Assembly: GCF_006345805.1 (NCBI RefSeq) | Contig: NC_043005.1 | Coordinates: 74,462,001-74,526,000, forward strand | Direction: 5' to 3' | Source of the DNA: Octopus sinensis | Lineage: Eukaryota | DNA length: 64,000 nucleotides | Part shown: in pieces, positions 1 through 12,420 of the stretch | How positions within the stretch are numbered: the first letter of the stretch is position 1 | How the letters are laid out: every line of letters starts with the position of its first letter | Notes under the pieces: generated by a model | What the model saw: the letters and a program-made list of their open reading frames with translations, nothing else | Databases searched by the model: none | What the model was told of the DNA's origin: nothing | Program-made: the position numbers and the translations under genes

Positions 1-120
1 CCAAACAATGTTCGAAAAACTACAGCGGCACTAAACGTAACAACGCACACAGTCTACCATTGACGGTGCTTTTCTTTTAGAAGAGAAGCACAATTCCACT
101 TAGCGAAGATTGTGAGGAGA

Positions 121-430
121 AATATATAAAAATCATGAATTTAATTATGGATATATGAAATATATATGATATATATGAATATGTGAAATATATAAAAATA
201 ATTATAAATAAAATTATGGATATATGAAATATATGCGTATGTGAAATATATGAAGTAATTATGAATTTAATTATGAATATATGAAATATATGAATATATC
301 GAAAAAAATATGAATAAAATTATGAAATATGTGAAATGTATTAAATATATGAAATATATGATATATATAAAATTTATGAGTAAAATGATAAATGTATGTA
401 ATATATGAAATATATATATAAAAAAGGTTG
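121..430. repeat. AT-rich degenerate minisatellite (AAATTATGAATATATGAAATATAT-like units)
   Basis: Imperfect recurrence of TATGAAATATAT / AAATTATG units; followed by (TA)n/(TATG)n at ~483-616. Confidence 0.7.
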
Positions 431-484
431 AATAAAAAATATATTCTATGGCGAGTGTAAAGTATATATTATGTGAGATGCCAT

Positions 485-522
<38 letters not shown>

Positions 523-557
523 GTATATATATATATGTATGTATATATGTATATATA

Positions 558-619
<62 letters not shown>

Positions 620-809
620 AATTAATAATGATAATATTAGGGAGTAAATCCAAACTTACGGGGAAAAATTAGATTTAGGATTAAATCTAATTTATAGTAT
701 AAATATATATATTAAATTAGAGATAAAACCACTATTAGGCAATGTATATTATGTATGTATATATATATATATATATATGTACGTATGTATGTATATGTGT
801 ATGTATGTT

Positions 810-1165
810 TAGGCGAAGGCATGGATCTGTGGTTAAGAAGCTTGATTTGCAATCACAGCTTTTGGGGTTCAATCCCACTGCCCGGCACCTTGGGCAAATA
901 TCTTCTACTAGAACTCCAGGTTGGCCAAATCATTGTGTGTGAATTTGGTAAACAGGAACTGTATGAAGGCCTGTTTCGCGCGCGTGCGTGTGTTGGAGTG
1001 TCGCTCATCACTGACCCACCGTCTCAGAAACTTAGCAGTTCAACAAAAGATGTATGATGAATGCCAGACTTCAAAAAATATAAGTATTAAAGTCAGTTTG
1101 TTCGACTAAAACCCTTCCGGACGAAGTCCCTGCATGGCCGCAGTCCAGTGACTTAACAAGTAAAT
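810..1165 (+). mobile_element. tRNA-derived SINE family A, diverged copy
   Basis: Head AGGC..TGTGGTTAAGAAGCTTG..GGGTTCAATCCCACTG, body CACCTTGGGCAA, tail GCATGGCCGCAGTC..TGACT.AACAAGTAAA; alignable by eye to the copy at 36624. Confidence 0.75.
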
Positions 1166-1507
1166 GAAGATAATAGAAGATAGAAACCAACAATGAGCTA
1201 GAGGTAAAACAGAGTCACAGAGACACAGAGAGTCAGATAGATAGGGACAATATGTAGATGGGAGAGAGAGAGAGAGAGCAAGAAAGAGAAAGAGATAGGG
1301 GGAGAAAGAGAAGGGAGAGAGGGGGCAGAGACAGAGGCAGTAACAATATGTGAGGGAAGGAGGAAGAGAGGGAGAGAATGAAAGTAAGAGAGAGAAAGAG
1401 AGAATGTGTGTGTGGAGAAAACAGGAGGAGAGAGAGAGAGGGGGCAGAGACAGAGAGGCAGGAACAATGTGTAAGTGAAAGAGAGACATGGAGGAAGATG
1501 GAGATTG

Positions 1508-1562
<55 letters not shown>

Positions 1563-2278
1563 AACGAATTAGAGAAACTATAAGGTAAGTGAAATCGGGA
1601 AGGTGAGAGTAAATATGAACAAATAAATAAAATATTTTTTAAAAAATGCTTCAGGCGAAGAAAAGTAATTTGAAGATGAAACTAGAGAGAGATGAGCAAA
1701 GTTTGTGAATTACGTTAATGAATTAATCCCTCAGTTAATTAATAAATTAATTAAAAAAACAAGTTTATTAAAAGCCACATTGTTTCATTGCATTAGACAT
1801 CGCACTAGTAGACTGCTATATACGGTTCTTATACTAACTTAACATTGGATTGACTCAACATTACCATTACCTGTGCAGGTGCGCGGTGTGTCATACGTCG
1901 GATATCAGAGAGCAACGTGATATGAAGTTTTTTGCTCAAAATTATAACGCACCGTCCAGTCCGGCAAACGAACCAGCGATCCCTGCGATTGTGTGTACAA
2001 CCCGTTAATCACTACAGCACACGCCCTCATTAGTCTGACTAGTCTTTAAAGAAAACTCTTGCAATCTACAATTTAGTTCCTATGAACACACCAAACCAAT
2101 AATTAAACGAAAGACAAATCAGTAAACCAATTGATTATTTAGTTGGAATCATTGACCCAGTCTTGCAATTGTCAAGTCAAACTATTAACAACATAATGAC
2201 AAAAGCTATCAGTGGCGTGTCGTCATCGTTGTAACTGGCGCCCTAACGTGTTGATCTGCTTTGACTCAAAGTTTAGGC

Positions 2279-2331
<53 letters not shown>

Positions 2332-2376
2332 ATATCTATCTATCTATCTATCTATATATATATATTCTCTTTTTTT

Positions 2377-2779
2377 ACTCTTTTTACTTGTTTCAGTCAT
2401 TTGAATGCGGCCATGCTGGAGCACCGCCTTTAGTCGAGCAAATCGACCCCGGGACTTATTCTTTGTAAGCCCAGTACTTATTCTATCGGTCTCTTTTGCC
2501 GAACCGCTAAGTGAAGGGGACGTAAACACACCAGCATCGGTTGTCAAGCAATGCTAGGGGGACAAACACAGACACACAAACATACACACAAATACATATA
2601 TATATACATATATACGACAGGCTTCTTTTCAGTTTCCGTCTACCAAATCCACTCACGAGGCATTGGTCGGCCCGGGGCTATAGCAGAAGACACTTACCCA
2701 AGATGCCACGCAGTGGGACTGAACCCGGAACCATGAGATTGGTTAGCAAGCTACTTACCACACAGCCACTCCTGCGCCT
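2377..2779 (-). mobile_element. tRNA-derived SINE family A, full length
   Basis: Reverse complement of the family A consensus (GGCGCAGGAGTGGCTGTGTGGTAAG ... internal (TA)n(TG)n ... GACTGAAACAAGTAAAA). Confidence 0.9.
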
Positions 2780-2794
2780 ATATATATATACATA

Positions 2795-3080
2795 TTATTT
2801 CTTTATTGCCCACAAGGGGATAAATATAGAGACGACAAAAAAGCACAGACAAAGGGTATTAAGTCGATTACATCGATCCCAGTGTGTAACTGGTACTTAA
2901 TCTATCGACTCCGAAAGGATGAAAGGCAAAATCGACCTCGGCGGAATTTGAACTCAGAACGTAGCGGCAGACGAAATACCTATTTCTTTACTACCCACAA
3001 CGGGCTAAACACAGAGAGGACAAACAAGGACAGGCAAACGGATTAAGTCGATTATATCGACCCCAGTGCCTAACTGGTAC
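2795..3080 (-). mobile_element. SINE family B, partial tandem dimer
   Basis: Reverse complement of GAGTTCAAATTCCGCCGAGGTCGA.TTTGCCTTTCATCCTTTCGG.GTCGAT; tail segment repeated. Confidence 0.85.
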
Positions 3081-3089
3081 ATATAAAAC

Positions 3090-3400
3090 TGGTACTCCGT
3101 CGCTGAGGACGGCGAAGGTTCCAGCTGAACCGATCAACGGAACGGCCTGCTTGTGAAATTAACTTGCAAGTGGCTGAGCACTCCACTGACAAGCGTATCC
3201 TTAACGTAGCTCTCAAGGAGATCCAGCATGACGCAGAATGTGACTAGGCTGGCTCTTTGAATGACACATACTACTCATTTTTGCCAACTGAGTGGATTGG
3301 AGAAACGTGAAATAAAGTGTCTTGCTGAAGGACACAACGCGTCGCCGGGAATTGAACTCGCGATCTTGTGATCGTGAGCTGAATACCTTAACAACTAAAC
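3090..3400 (-). mobile_element. tRNA-derived SINE family C-related copy
   Basis: Tail GAGTGCTCAGCCACTTGCA..TTAATTTCAC.AGCAGGC.GTTCCGTTGAT shared with 15292-15695; tRNA-like head near 3350-3400. Confidence 0.7.
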
Positions 3401-3748
3401 CTTCACTAATATGTACATATATATATATATATATCTTCTGTAGAAGAAGAGAGTAGGCTCAAAACGTGAAAGTTTCTTTCATTTACCCGAGTGTCAAATT
3501 AATTACACCTTTCTTTTGTTTTTTGCACAATTTTCAGTATATTCTTCTTCGTATTGTCTTATACTCCGAAATTCTTGAAATTCTTCTAAGTGATATCTGG
3601 GTTTACTTGTCATACATGAAGAATTACCTTGGATGTTAATTCTACTATTTAGAGGTACCTGATTGTTGGATATAGCTAACCAAATTCGTTTAATACTGAG
3701 TGCTTAATAGGTATCTAACTAGATTTAGTAATCCATTTTACTTTGTAT

Positions 3749-3802
<54 letters not shown>

Positions 3803-3806
<4 letters not shown>

Positions 3807-4010
3807 CGGGAAGCTTTATGAAAATAAACAAAAGGCGAAGGCAGGTGGAATACAAACAAACAATTGTATTAGTATGGCGCTCAGGAATATAAATAAAACA
3901 AGTCTTTTACGTTTCGAGCCTACGCTCTTCAACAGAAAAATACACAGAAAAGAAACATGGAGAGAAACAAGGAGAGAAAAAAAATGCGTGCAGAAGCTAG
4001 CGAATCAACA
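3803..4010 (-). mobile_element. Short (TA)n-embedded Penelope-like/retrozyme-like repeat with hammerhead-like core
   Basis: Reverse strand reads CTGTTGAAGAGCGTAGGCTCGAAACGTAAAAGAC; homologous to 6445-6632, 3435-3530 and 37950-38042; flanked by (TA)n. Confidence 0.6.
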
Positions 4011-4027
4011 TATATATATATATATAC

Positions 4028-4395
4028 ATCCTCGTACATCCTCAAATTTACTCATAAGATATGAAAAAACCTAGGCAAACCTTAAAACAAACAAGAAAAA
4101 GCAGAAAGAAAATAAATGATTCCGCTCAATCTTTCATTACATCAAAAGGTAAAAAACACCAACAAAAAAGAGAAAAGACAAGTACAGTAGAAATGTTGAT
4201 TAAGGAAATATTAACAATAAAACACAAGGAACATGAAAGGTGATAGCGATTCTCTGAACAGAACAACCGGTTCAATTCCAACCGAAAACTATTTTATGAA
4301 TGAGTGAGAAATAAATACAGTGAGATAGATAGACAGACGTTTTAATCGGCAGAAAGTTACAAAAGCGTTCTGTCGGTTAAAAACTATTAATGATA
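4028..4395 (+). mobile_element. Degenerate non-LTR retrotransposon fragment (possibly R4/Dong-like N-terminal region)
   Basis: Translates to ...EQNNRFNSNRKLFYE, a QNxxFxxNxKxFY-like motif; partly duplicated at ~6315-6442. Confidence 0.4.
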
Positions 4396-4438
4396 CATAC
4401 ACACATATATATATATTATATATATATATATATATATA

Positions 4439-4832
4439 CTAGCAGTATCGCCCGGCGTTGCTCGGGTTTGTAAGGGAAATAACTATATAAGCATTTTTAG
4501 AGAGTTATAGCCAAAAAATAGCAAAAAAATGCATTAAAAATGGAAAAAAAATTATGGTAATTTTTTTTTTAAATCGTTGACTCATCGTAGACATTTTTAG
4601 AGAGTTACTTCCCTTATATAATAGCGAAAAAAAGCATTAAAATGGAAAAAAATGATGGTAAATTATTTTTTAAATCGTAGACTCATCGGAGGCGCGCGCT
4701 AATACCCAGAAGGGCTCGATATGAATCACGACTATAAGATACCCGGTTTTGGTTAAACTGCACCGCAAAATGTGGGAGTAGTTAGGAATCTAAATCGTAG
4801 GAGACAGACACACAACCTTACTTTTATATATA
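4439..4832 (-). mobile_element. Non-autonomous Helitron-like element
   Basis: Minus strand starts TATATATAAAAG and ends CCCGAGCAACGCCGGG (hairpin)-CGATACTG-CTAG|T; internal ~100-bp tandem duplication at ~4491-4690. Confidence 0.75.
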
Positions 4833-4878
4833 AAAGTGCCCAGCCACTTGCAAATCGGCACGAATTTTCCGGACAACC

Positions 4879-4926
<48 letters not shown>

Positions 4927-4941
4927 TATATATTATATATA

Positions 4942-5501
4942 TTGGGTTGTCCGGAAAGTTCGTGCCGATTTGTCGTAGCTTACCTTTCGACTTATTTTAA
5001 AACATGGTTGAGTCCATAAAATAGGATTTGACTACACCTCCATTTAGAGCACATTTTAAGCTATCTTTTCGTGGAAGAAGGTTTATGTTCCTATAACCTG
5101 TGTTAATTTTGTAACCCTTTAAAATGAGAGATAAGAAAGTTCATTTTCGGCACTTGATGCTTTGGGAATCAGACAAAAATTGCTGCAGTTCGGCTGGGAT
5201 GTGTTACCCCACCCTCCATATTCACCAGATATTGCTCCTTCGGATTTCCACTTATTCAGGTTTCTGCAGAATAGTCTTAATGGTAAGAACCTCAATTCCT
5301 TGGATGACGTAAAAAAATACCTGATGAATTATTTGCCATGAAACCACCTCAGTTCTGGGAAGAGGGTATTTTTAAGTTAAAGGAAAGATGGAGACGCATG
5401 TGCAACAAAATGGTTCATATTTGGTTGAGTACAAATGTAATGGCAAGTATTTATTGACCTTTATTTTTCCTTTAAAAATCGGCACAAACTTTCCGAACAA
5501 C

Positions 5502-5505
<4 letters not shown>
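4942..5505 (+). mobile_element. Internally deleted mariner transposon
   Basis: TIRs TTGGGTTGTCCGGAAAGTTCGTGCCGATTT / AAATCGGCACAAACTTTCCGAACAACCCAA with TA flanks. Transposase N-terminus MRDKKVHFRHLMLWE is fused out of frame to the C-terminal GWDVLPHPPYSPDIAPSDFHLF motif. Orphan right TIR at 4852-4881. Confidence 0.95.
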
Positions 5506-5567
<62 letters not shown>

Positions 5568-5586
5568 AATCAATAAATGGTGGGGT

Positions 5587-5624
<38 letters not shown>

Positions 5625-5689
5625 GGTACATCAACACTTAGAATTTGCATCACAATTTTTGAACCCCTATCTTGCTCGGCAAGGAACCT

Positions 5690-6125
5690 CTACCTCGCTC
5701 CTGAAAACTGTTCAACAAAACGAATACCCGCCATCAGGCATCGAGCATACTCTGAACGTCTTGCTTCCCTGGACATGGACACATTGAAGCTCAGGCGTCT
5801 GGTAATTGTCTTAGTAGACACCCACAAAATTATCCACCATCTTTCCAACAACAATCTTGAGTACCTTTTTGAATTCCATATGCCAAACACTCGTGGACAT
5901 ACTCACAAAATCAAAAACCAACCCAGCACCCATGATTTTTGGAAACATTTTTTCATGTTCAGAATTGTTGAAGCATGGAATAAACTGCCCGCATTAGTCG
6001 TTAGCTGTCGAGACACTACATCCCTCAAAACTTTCACGCTTCCGAAAATCCGCCAACTGTACACTTGATGGCCTTTTTTTCTTAGTTGTAGTGCACCCGA
6101 GCACAGTATACAACAATTTCTTTCA
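5690..6125 (+). mobile_element. CR1-group LINE 3' fragment
   Basis: YSERLASLDMDTLKLRR...NTRGH..K...KHFF..RIVEAWNKLP, a typical CR1 ORF2 C-terminus; same family at 43845. Confidence 0.85.
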
Positions 6126-6444
6126 TATATCATATATATTATATTATACATATGTGTGTTTGTGTCTGTATATTATATATATATATAATATATATATATA
6201 TATTCATACATATCTATATAACTACATACGTGTATTTGTGTGTGTGTATATATATATTATATATATATATATATATACATACATGTGTGTTTGCGTGTGC
6301 ATATATATATATATATGAAAAAACTAAGGCAAACATTAAAACAAACAACAAAAACAGAAAGAATATAAGTGATACCGCTCAATCTTTCATTGCATCAACA
6401 AGTAAAAAACACCAATGAAAAAGTAGAGTAGAAATGTTAATGAT

Positions 6445-6632
6445 AGATCGTTAGCCACTAAACCTTTTCCTATTTTCTCTCCCTGTTTAATTTTGTGTAT
6501 TCCTTTCTGCCGAAGAGCGTAGGCTCGAAACGTAAAAAGATTTTCTCACTTCCCGAACGTTAAACTAATGCATCTGTTTGTTGTTTACACACCCGTCTTC
6601 GTCTTTTGTTTTTTTTTGTAAATTCTCACTAA
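6445..6632 (+). mobile_element. Short Penelope-like/retrozyme-like repeat with hammerhead-like core
   Basis: CTGCCGAAGAGCGTAGGCTCGAAACGTAAAAAGA at ~6507-6540; ends in (TA)n. Confidence 0.6.
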
Positions 6633-6682
6633 TATATATATATATATATATATATATGTGTATATATATATATATATATATG

Positions 6683-7020
6683 TATGGCTCAGTGGTTAGA
6701 GCGTCGAGCTTACGATCGTGAGGTTGTGAGCTCGAATCCCGGACCGGGCTGCGTGTTGTGTTCTTGAGCAAGGCACTTTATTTCACGTTGCTCCAGTTCA
6801 CTCAGCTGTAGAAATGAGTTGCGACGTCACTGGTGCCAAGCTGTATCGACCTTTGTATTTCCCTTGGATAACACTGGTGGCGTGGAGAGGGGAGGCTGGT
6901 ATGCATGGGCGACTGCTGGTCTTCCATAAACAACCTTGCCCGGACTTGTGTCTAGGAGGGTAACTTTCTAGGTGCAATCCCATGGTCATTCATGACCGAA
7001 GGGGGTCTTTACCCTTTTTA
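6683..7020 (+). mobile_element. tRNA-derived SINE (family D, CORE/V-like body)
   Basis: A box TGGCTCAGTGG, B-box-like GAGCTCGAATCCC, body TGTGTTCTTGAGCAAGGCACTTT..GTTGCTCCAG. Confidence 0.8.
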
Positions 7021-7090
7021 TATATATATATAACGTATCTCTGGCGATCACAAATCAAGATCAATGAATAAGTATAGCAACATAATGTTG

Positions 7091-7875
7091 CTATGTGTCC
7101 TGAGTTCGATTTTTGTAGTAGGCGGATAGCATGGAGGCCAAGTCTTGGAAGGATTTTAAAATTGATGGCAACATCATTTGTGCAATATTGATGGGATATT
7201 TTCCACATCGCACAAATGACGTAGCGCTCCCAGCGGCATTGGAGAGAGTAGAGATTGAGTTTTTTAGTCGATCCCAATAGTCAATACCTTTCATACCGTC
7301 TATCTTTCTTGTTATTGACCTCTGGAGTGCTTCTACTTTCATAATGAGCTGTTTCATATGGGGAGACCACTGTGGCCAACAATATTCAAGGTGGGGTCGG
7401 ACAAAAGTAGAGTAGAAAAGGATGATGGTGTAGGCATCTCTAGACCGGAAAGTTCTCAGAATCCAGGAGCACATCTTGCGGACCAAGACAAACTTGCTCT
7501 TTACGTGGGAGCTCCAGCTTAGATTGTTATCAACAATTACTCCAAGGTCTCTGGTGTTGTTAGATGACACTAGGGAGTCACCTGAGATAAAAGCATATGG
7601 TAATTTCAGAGTATCCTCTTTTCCAAAGTGGATCAAATCAAACTTATCTTCATTTAGAAGCATATTATTTTTCTCCGCCCATTGGACAACAGCAAATAGA
7701 TCCGACTGAAGGTATATTCGGTCTCTCATACCGTTTATGGCTTTCTGGAGTTTGGAATCATCTGCAAATATTTCCAATGTAGAACGTTTAATGACGTCTA
7801 CTATGTCATTGATGTAGATAATGAAGAGGAGTGAGTCCAACACAGTACCTTGTGGTCCATCACCACTGACTTTGG
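7091..7875 (-). mobile_element. CR1/L2-group LINE reverse transcriptase fragment (pseudogene)
   Basis: GPQGTVLDSLLFIIYINDI...FADDSKL...RDLGVIVD..LSW..H...VRPHLEY..W.P motifs; frameshift near the C-terminus. Confidence 0.9.
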
Positions 7876-7895
7876 CAGATAGTTAGATGCACATT

Positions 7896-7963
<68 letters not shown>

Positions 7964-8049
7964 AGCAGAAGGACTCGGTTTCACTTGGGCTATAAACTGA
8001 TAGCCTTAACACAGAATACATACATACATGCATACATTCATACATACAT

Positions 8050-8231
8050 AGGCGCAGAAGTGGCTGTGTGGTAAGTAGCTTGCTTACCAACCGCATGGTT
8101 CCAGGTTCATTCCCACTGTGTGGCACCTAGGCAAGTGCTTTCTACTATAACCCCGGGTCGACCAAAGCCTTGTGATTCGATTTGGTAGACGGAAGCTGAA
8201 AGAAACCCGTCGTATATATATGCGTGCGTGT

Positions 8232-8270
<39 letters not shown>

Positions 8271-8472
8271 TTGTGTCTCTGTGTTTGTCCCCCCACTATC
8301 GCTTGACAACCGATGCTGGTGTGTTTACGTTATCGTAACTTAGCGGTTCGGCAAAAGAGACTGATAAAATAAGTACTAGACTTACAAAGAATAAGTCCTG
8401 ATGTCGATTTTCGCGACTAAAAGCGGTGCTTCTGCATGGCCGCAGTCAAATGACTGAAACAGGTAAGAGAAT
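8050..8472 (+). mobile_element. SINE family A, full length
   Basis: AGGCGCAGAAGTGGCTGTGTGGTAAG ... internal (TG)n ... GACTGAAACAGGTAAGAG. Confidence 0.9.
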
Positions 8473-9404
8473 GAAAGAAGAATACAGACAGACAGACAGA
8501 CATCTTAGCAACACAGCCACACTCGCCTGAATCGACAACAACACACGTAATACAACACAGTTGCTCATATGATTTGCTCTGTATTGATACTTAAACAAAA
8601 GCAGAACATTTTCTGTCTTCATGACACTACATTTAATGAGTTCTGCTGCTTTACTTATTATACGGCGGTGGTAAGTGTTAATAGCGTTACGCATACCTCT
8701 ATACACTGAGGGCGAAATGCAGGGAGAAACTGAACTTATCTAACATCAAATGATTCGTTAATTATTGAATTAAATACTAAATTCCACTACTTTATAATGA
8801 ATTAGAAATCATTTACTTTTTTAAATTTAATATTTATATAATTTAATATTTAATAATTAACTTATTACAGATTTAATCTAGGCAGAATGTGTATTTTACC
8901 ACCCCAGACAGCACGTCTCTGAAAAAGCTGCAACGATTTTTTTGCGCATATATAAATGGTAACACATTCACTTCATATACACGCAATCGTTTACCTACAT
9001 GTATGATATATATATATATAAGCATTGGAGTCCTTTCCATTAGATGTTAAAATATTTATGTAGCATATACCTTTCTAGACGTTCAGGGGCTTGTTTTAAG
9101 AGTGTTGAAAAGGCTATTATGTAACATTTTTTATTTTGTGCGTTTTTCTTACATTTAAATACTTTCTCGTGTATTTTTTTTTCTTACGTAGAAAAAGCCT
9201 CTACCCACTTCTCGTTGTTCAAAGTGAAGTCTGTAATACAGAAAGAGTTGCTAAACATTTACAAGTCTCTGAGGAAAAATAGATACTTCAGATGTTCTAA
9301 TAAGGAATCTAAGAATGTGAACCCCCGACAAGATGAGCTCGTGATTTCAAAGGAACTTATTTATCTATTTACAACATTCTTACATTATGTCTTTTTTTTA
9401 ACCA

Positions 9405-9622
9405 AACGGCAGTGAGCTGGCAGAATCGTTAGTCCACCGGACAAGACGCCTAGCGGCATTTCGTCTGTCTTTACATTCTGGCTTCAAATTCCACCGAGGT
9501 CGACTTTGCTTTTCACCCTTTTGCGGTCGATGAAATAAGTACCAATTGCGTTCCGGGTTCGATGAAATTGTCTCGCCCTGACCCCTCATATGTCAGGCCT
9601 TGTGCCTATAGTAAAAAGGATC
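9405..9622 (+). mobile_element. SINE family B
   Basis: GGCAGTGAGCTGGCAGAATCGTTAG...TTCAAATTCCACCGAGGTCGACTTTGC. Confidence 0.8.
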
Positions 9623-9973
9623 ATAGCTCGCTTAACTTGTAGTACATTACTTTATCGGATGATGTAAAATCGCTCGTCTGTCAGAACTAACAATTGAACG
9701 AGCCCTTGAAAGAGCATGTACATGGTCACTTGACTCGCTAGACATAGCAGCCAAATCTCCTTCGTTATCACACCGCACTGTTAAAATCTTGAAGGACACA
9801 ATTAGGCAAAGTTATTATAAATGACCTCCCCTAAAAGATGAAACGGTTTCAGCTGGAATGTCTGTTTGACAGAGATATAAAAAATATAAAGCTGCTGTGT
9901 GGCTTGGAAATATGTACCATGATTTCGCTGATTGTTTTAGGTGCCTGTGTAATCGTAAGCAGTCATAGATATA

Positions 9974-10299
9974 CACCTTCTCCTTACGACCTATGCGACT
10001 TACGACCATCTGCACTTACGGCCACAAAAAATTAAATAAAAATAAATAGATAAATAAATAAATGACCGCTTTTCGGGCGTTGGGTATCTACGCGTACGAT
10101 AACTAGGGCTGCATCAGGCAACGCAAGCCTCCCCCAGACCCAGGCATCTCATTGCCTGCCACTGTCTCTTACTCAGTCGCTTTCAAGCACCAGCTGGGTT
10201 TGAATAAAAATTGTGTTGAAAAATATAAATCCGACATACGATATGATCGACTTGCGACCTGTCAGTCGGAATGGAACTCGGTCGTAAGTCGAGGAGGTG
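9974..10299. mobile_element. pogo/Tigger-like MITE
   Basis: TA|CACCTTCTCCTTACGACC ... GGTCGTAAGTCGAGGAGGTG|TA inverted termini with internal CTTACGACC repeats. Confidence 0.75.
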
Positions 10300-10559
10300 T
10301 ACTATCGGCCCTCCATGCTTTGAACGAGCAAAACATGCAGTATATAAGTCATAGGTGAGGATAGAACTGCACCAGCGCTGATTTCAGTTGTGAGGACTAA
10401 AACAATACCAAATAAAGTACAGATGTAGGTTCGATTACTACAGGCAGCCTTTGAACTTTTCTAAGCTAGAAGGTTATTCAATCCAGTATCTAATTGCTAC
10501 TATAGCTTTATGTACTTCGAGATCTACTGCTCCAAAAAAAATAATAATTTCTTAATTTA

Positions 10560-10924
10560 TCTTTTATTTGCTTCAGTCATTAGGTTGCGGCCACGCTGGA
10601 GCATCGCCTTGAAGAATTTTAGTCGAACGAATCGACCGTAGTACTTATTTTTTAAAGCCTGGTAAATATTCTGTCCGTCTCTTTTTGCTGAACTGCCGGG
10701 TTACAGGGACACAAAACCGCCGAGTTACACAGACACACACACACACACACACAAATATACGACAGACTTTTTAAGTTTCAGTCCGCCAAATCCACTCACA
10801 AGGATTTGGTCGGCTCAAGGCCATAGTAGAAGACACTTCACCCCAGGTGCCACGCAGTGGGGCTGAACGCGGAACCATCTGACTGGGAAGTAAGCTTCTT
10901 ACCACCCTGCCACGCCTGCGCCTA
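10560..10924 (-). mobile_element. SINE family A, diverged
   Basis: Reverse-complement match to family A from tail to head; a more diverged copy lies at ~11450-11925. Confidence 0.8.
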
Positions 10925-11740
10925 TTTTTTCGAATATCTATAAATTCTTTATGACATCAAACACCATACAATTCTCGCTGGCACGAATTAAGTTTCGGTG
11001 AGAGAAATTCGAAGGATTGCTTTGGTCCAGTAGTAGAACACTTGTCATGTCTACAGATGTAGGTTCGAGTCATTCGGACCGCCTCCGACTATTCTAAAGA
11101 GGTTTTTCAGTCCAATGCTTATATGCTGTTAGTTATAGCTTTATGCTCATTGTTAAAAAAAAAAATTTCACGTTTTCTCGAAAGTTCATAAGTTCTTATG
11201 ACGTCCATAAAATAATGTACCTTGCCCATAGATGCAACGCACTGACCAGTCCAAGAATTGAACCTACGACCTTATGATCACAAACCGAATGCCCCTAACC
11301 ACTAGGCCACGCAACGCCTTCATCAAGCAGGATTTAGGAGGAGCTAAACGACAGTAGCTAACAATCTGAAAGCTTGTATGTATGTGTCCCGTCAACGATA
11401 ACAACCGATGCTGTTCTACGGCCGAACAGAAGAATATCGTTTATCTTGTATCTTTTACTCGTTCTGTCATTAGATTACGGCCATGCTGGAGTACCATCCT
11501 GAAGAATTTAATTCGAACAAATCGCTCCCAGTATCCATTTTTAAGTCTGGCTTTTATACTATCGGTCTTTTTTGCTCAAACTAATACCGATTATCAATTG
11601 GTGAGAGCGACAAATACAAGGACAAAACACTTGTACACAAACACACACACACACATGCACACACACACACACATAAGCAGATAGATATAAATGTGTGTGA
11701 ATGTGTGTGTGTGTGTGTGTGTGTGAATGTGTGTGTGTGA

Positions 11741-11772
<32 letters not shown>

Positions 11773-12204
11773 ACAACGGGCGTTCACGCAGTTTCAATCA
11801 ACGAAGTTCTCAAACAAGGCATTTGTCGGTCCAGGGCCATTATAGTAGACACTTGCCCAATGTGCCGTCTCACAGTGTGATTGAACCCGAAACTGCGCAT
11901 TTATAAAGTGAACTTTTTAACCACTCGGGCTTACTTGATACGTATATTATTTGATTAACTCTAGTATGTTCAGACTTCAAACCACCTGGCTGTTAATAGA
12001 TAAAACGGCCTGAGATACTTAAGACTGTCGGCAGAGGAAGTACTACATGATGTATAAAATACTTTGTTTGCTTGCTTATTGTATTAATGCTGCTACTCTT
12101 CCTTCTCGACCTTCCTCTATAGTTAGAGTATTTTATCGCCACGCCCTACATATTTTCCTTCTGATTAGCATGCAAATTTATATCGGTGTGTGAGTGAAAT
12201 ATAT

Positions 12205-12420
12205 CCGTTTCTTTATTACCCACAAGGGGCTACACACAGAGGAGACAAACGGATTAAGTCGATTACATCGACCCCAGTGCGTAACTGGTACTTAATTTAT
12301 CGACCCCGAAAGGATGAACGGCAAAGTCGACCTCGGCGGAATTTGAACTCAGAACGTAACGGCAGACGAAATACAGCTACGCATTTCGCCCGGCGTGCTA
12401 ACGGTTCTGCCAGCTCGCCG
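12205..12420 (-). mobile_element. SINE family B with target-site duplication
   Basis: 13-bp TSD GAGTGAAATATAT at 12192-12204 and 12421-12433. Confidence 0.9.

Noticed and set aside
267-1572. ORFs rich in YI/IY, LS, ER or HT dipeptides here and throughout the window
   Set aside because: Translations of (TA)n, (GA)n, (CA)n and (TATC)n microsatellites, not genes.
2541-2900. Recurrent ORFs such as FSFRLPNPLTRLWSARGYSRRHLPK suggesting a gene family
   Set aside because: Antisense translations of SINE family A.
6683-6750. tRNA genes at SINE heads (also 15295, 16465, 61160)
   Set aside because: A/B boxes run directly into repeat bodies, some with TSDs; no complete cloverleaf or terminator seen.
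10410-11210. Diverged direct repeat TACAGATGTAGGTTCGA...TATAGCTTTATG at ~10418 and ~11052
   Set aside because: Probably an old tandem repeat interrupted by a SINE; too degenerate to classify.
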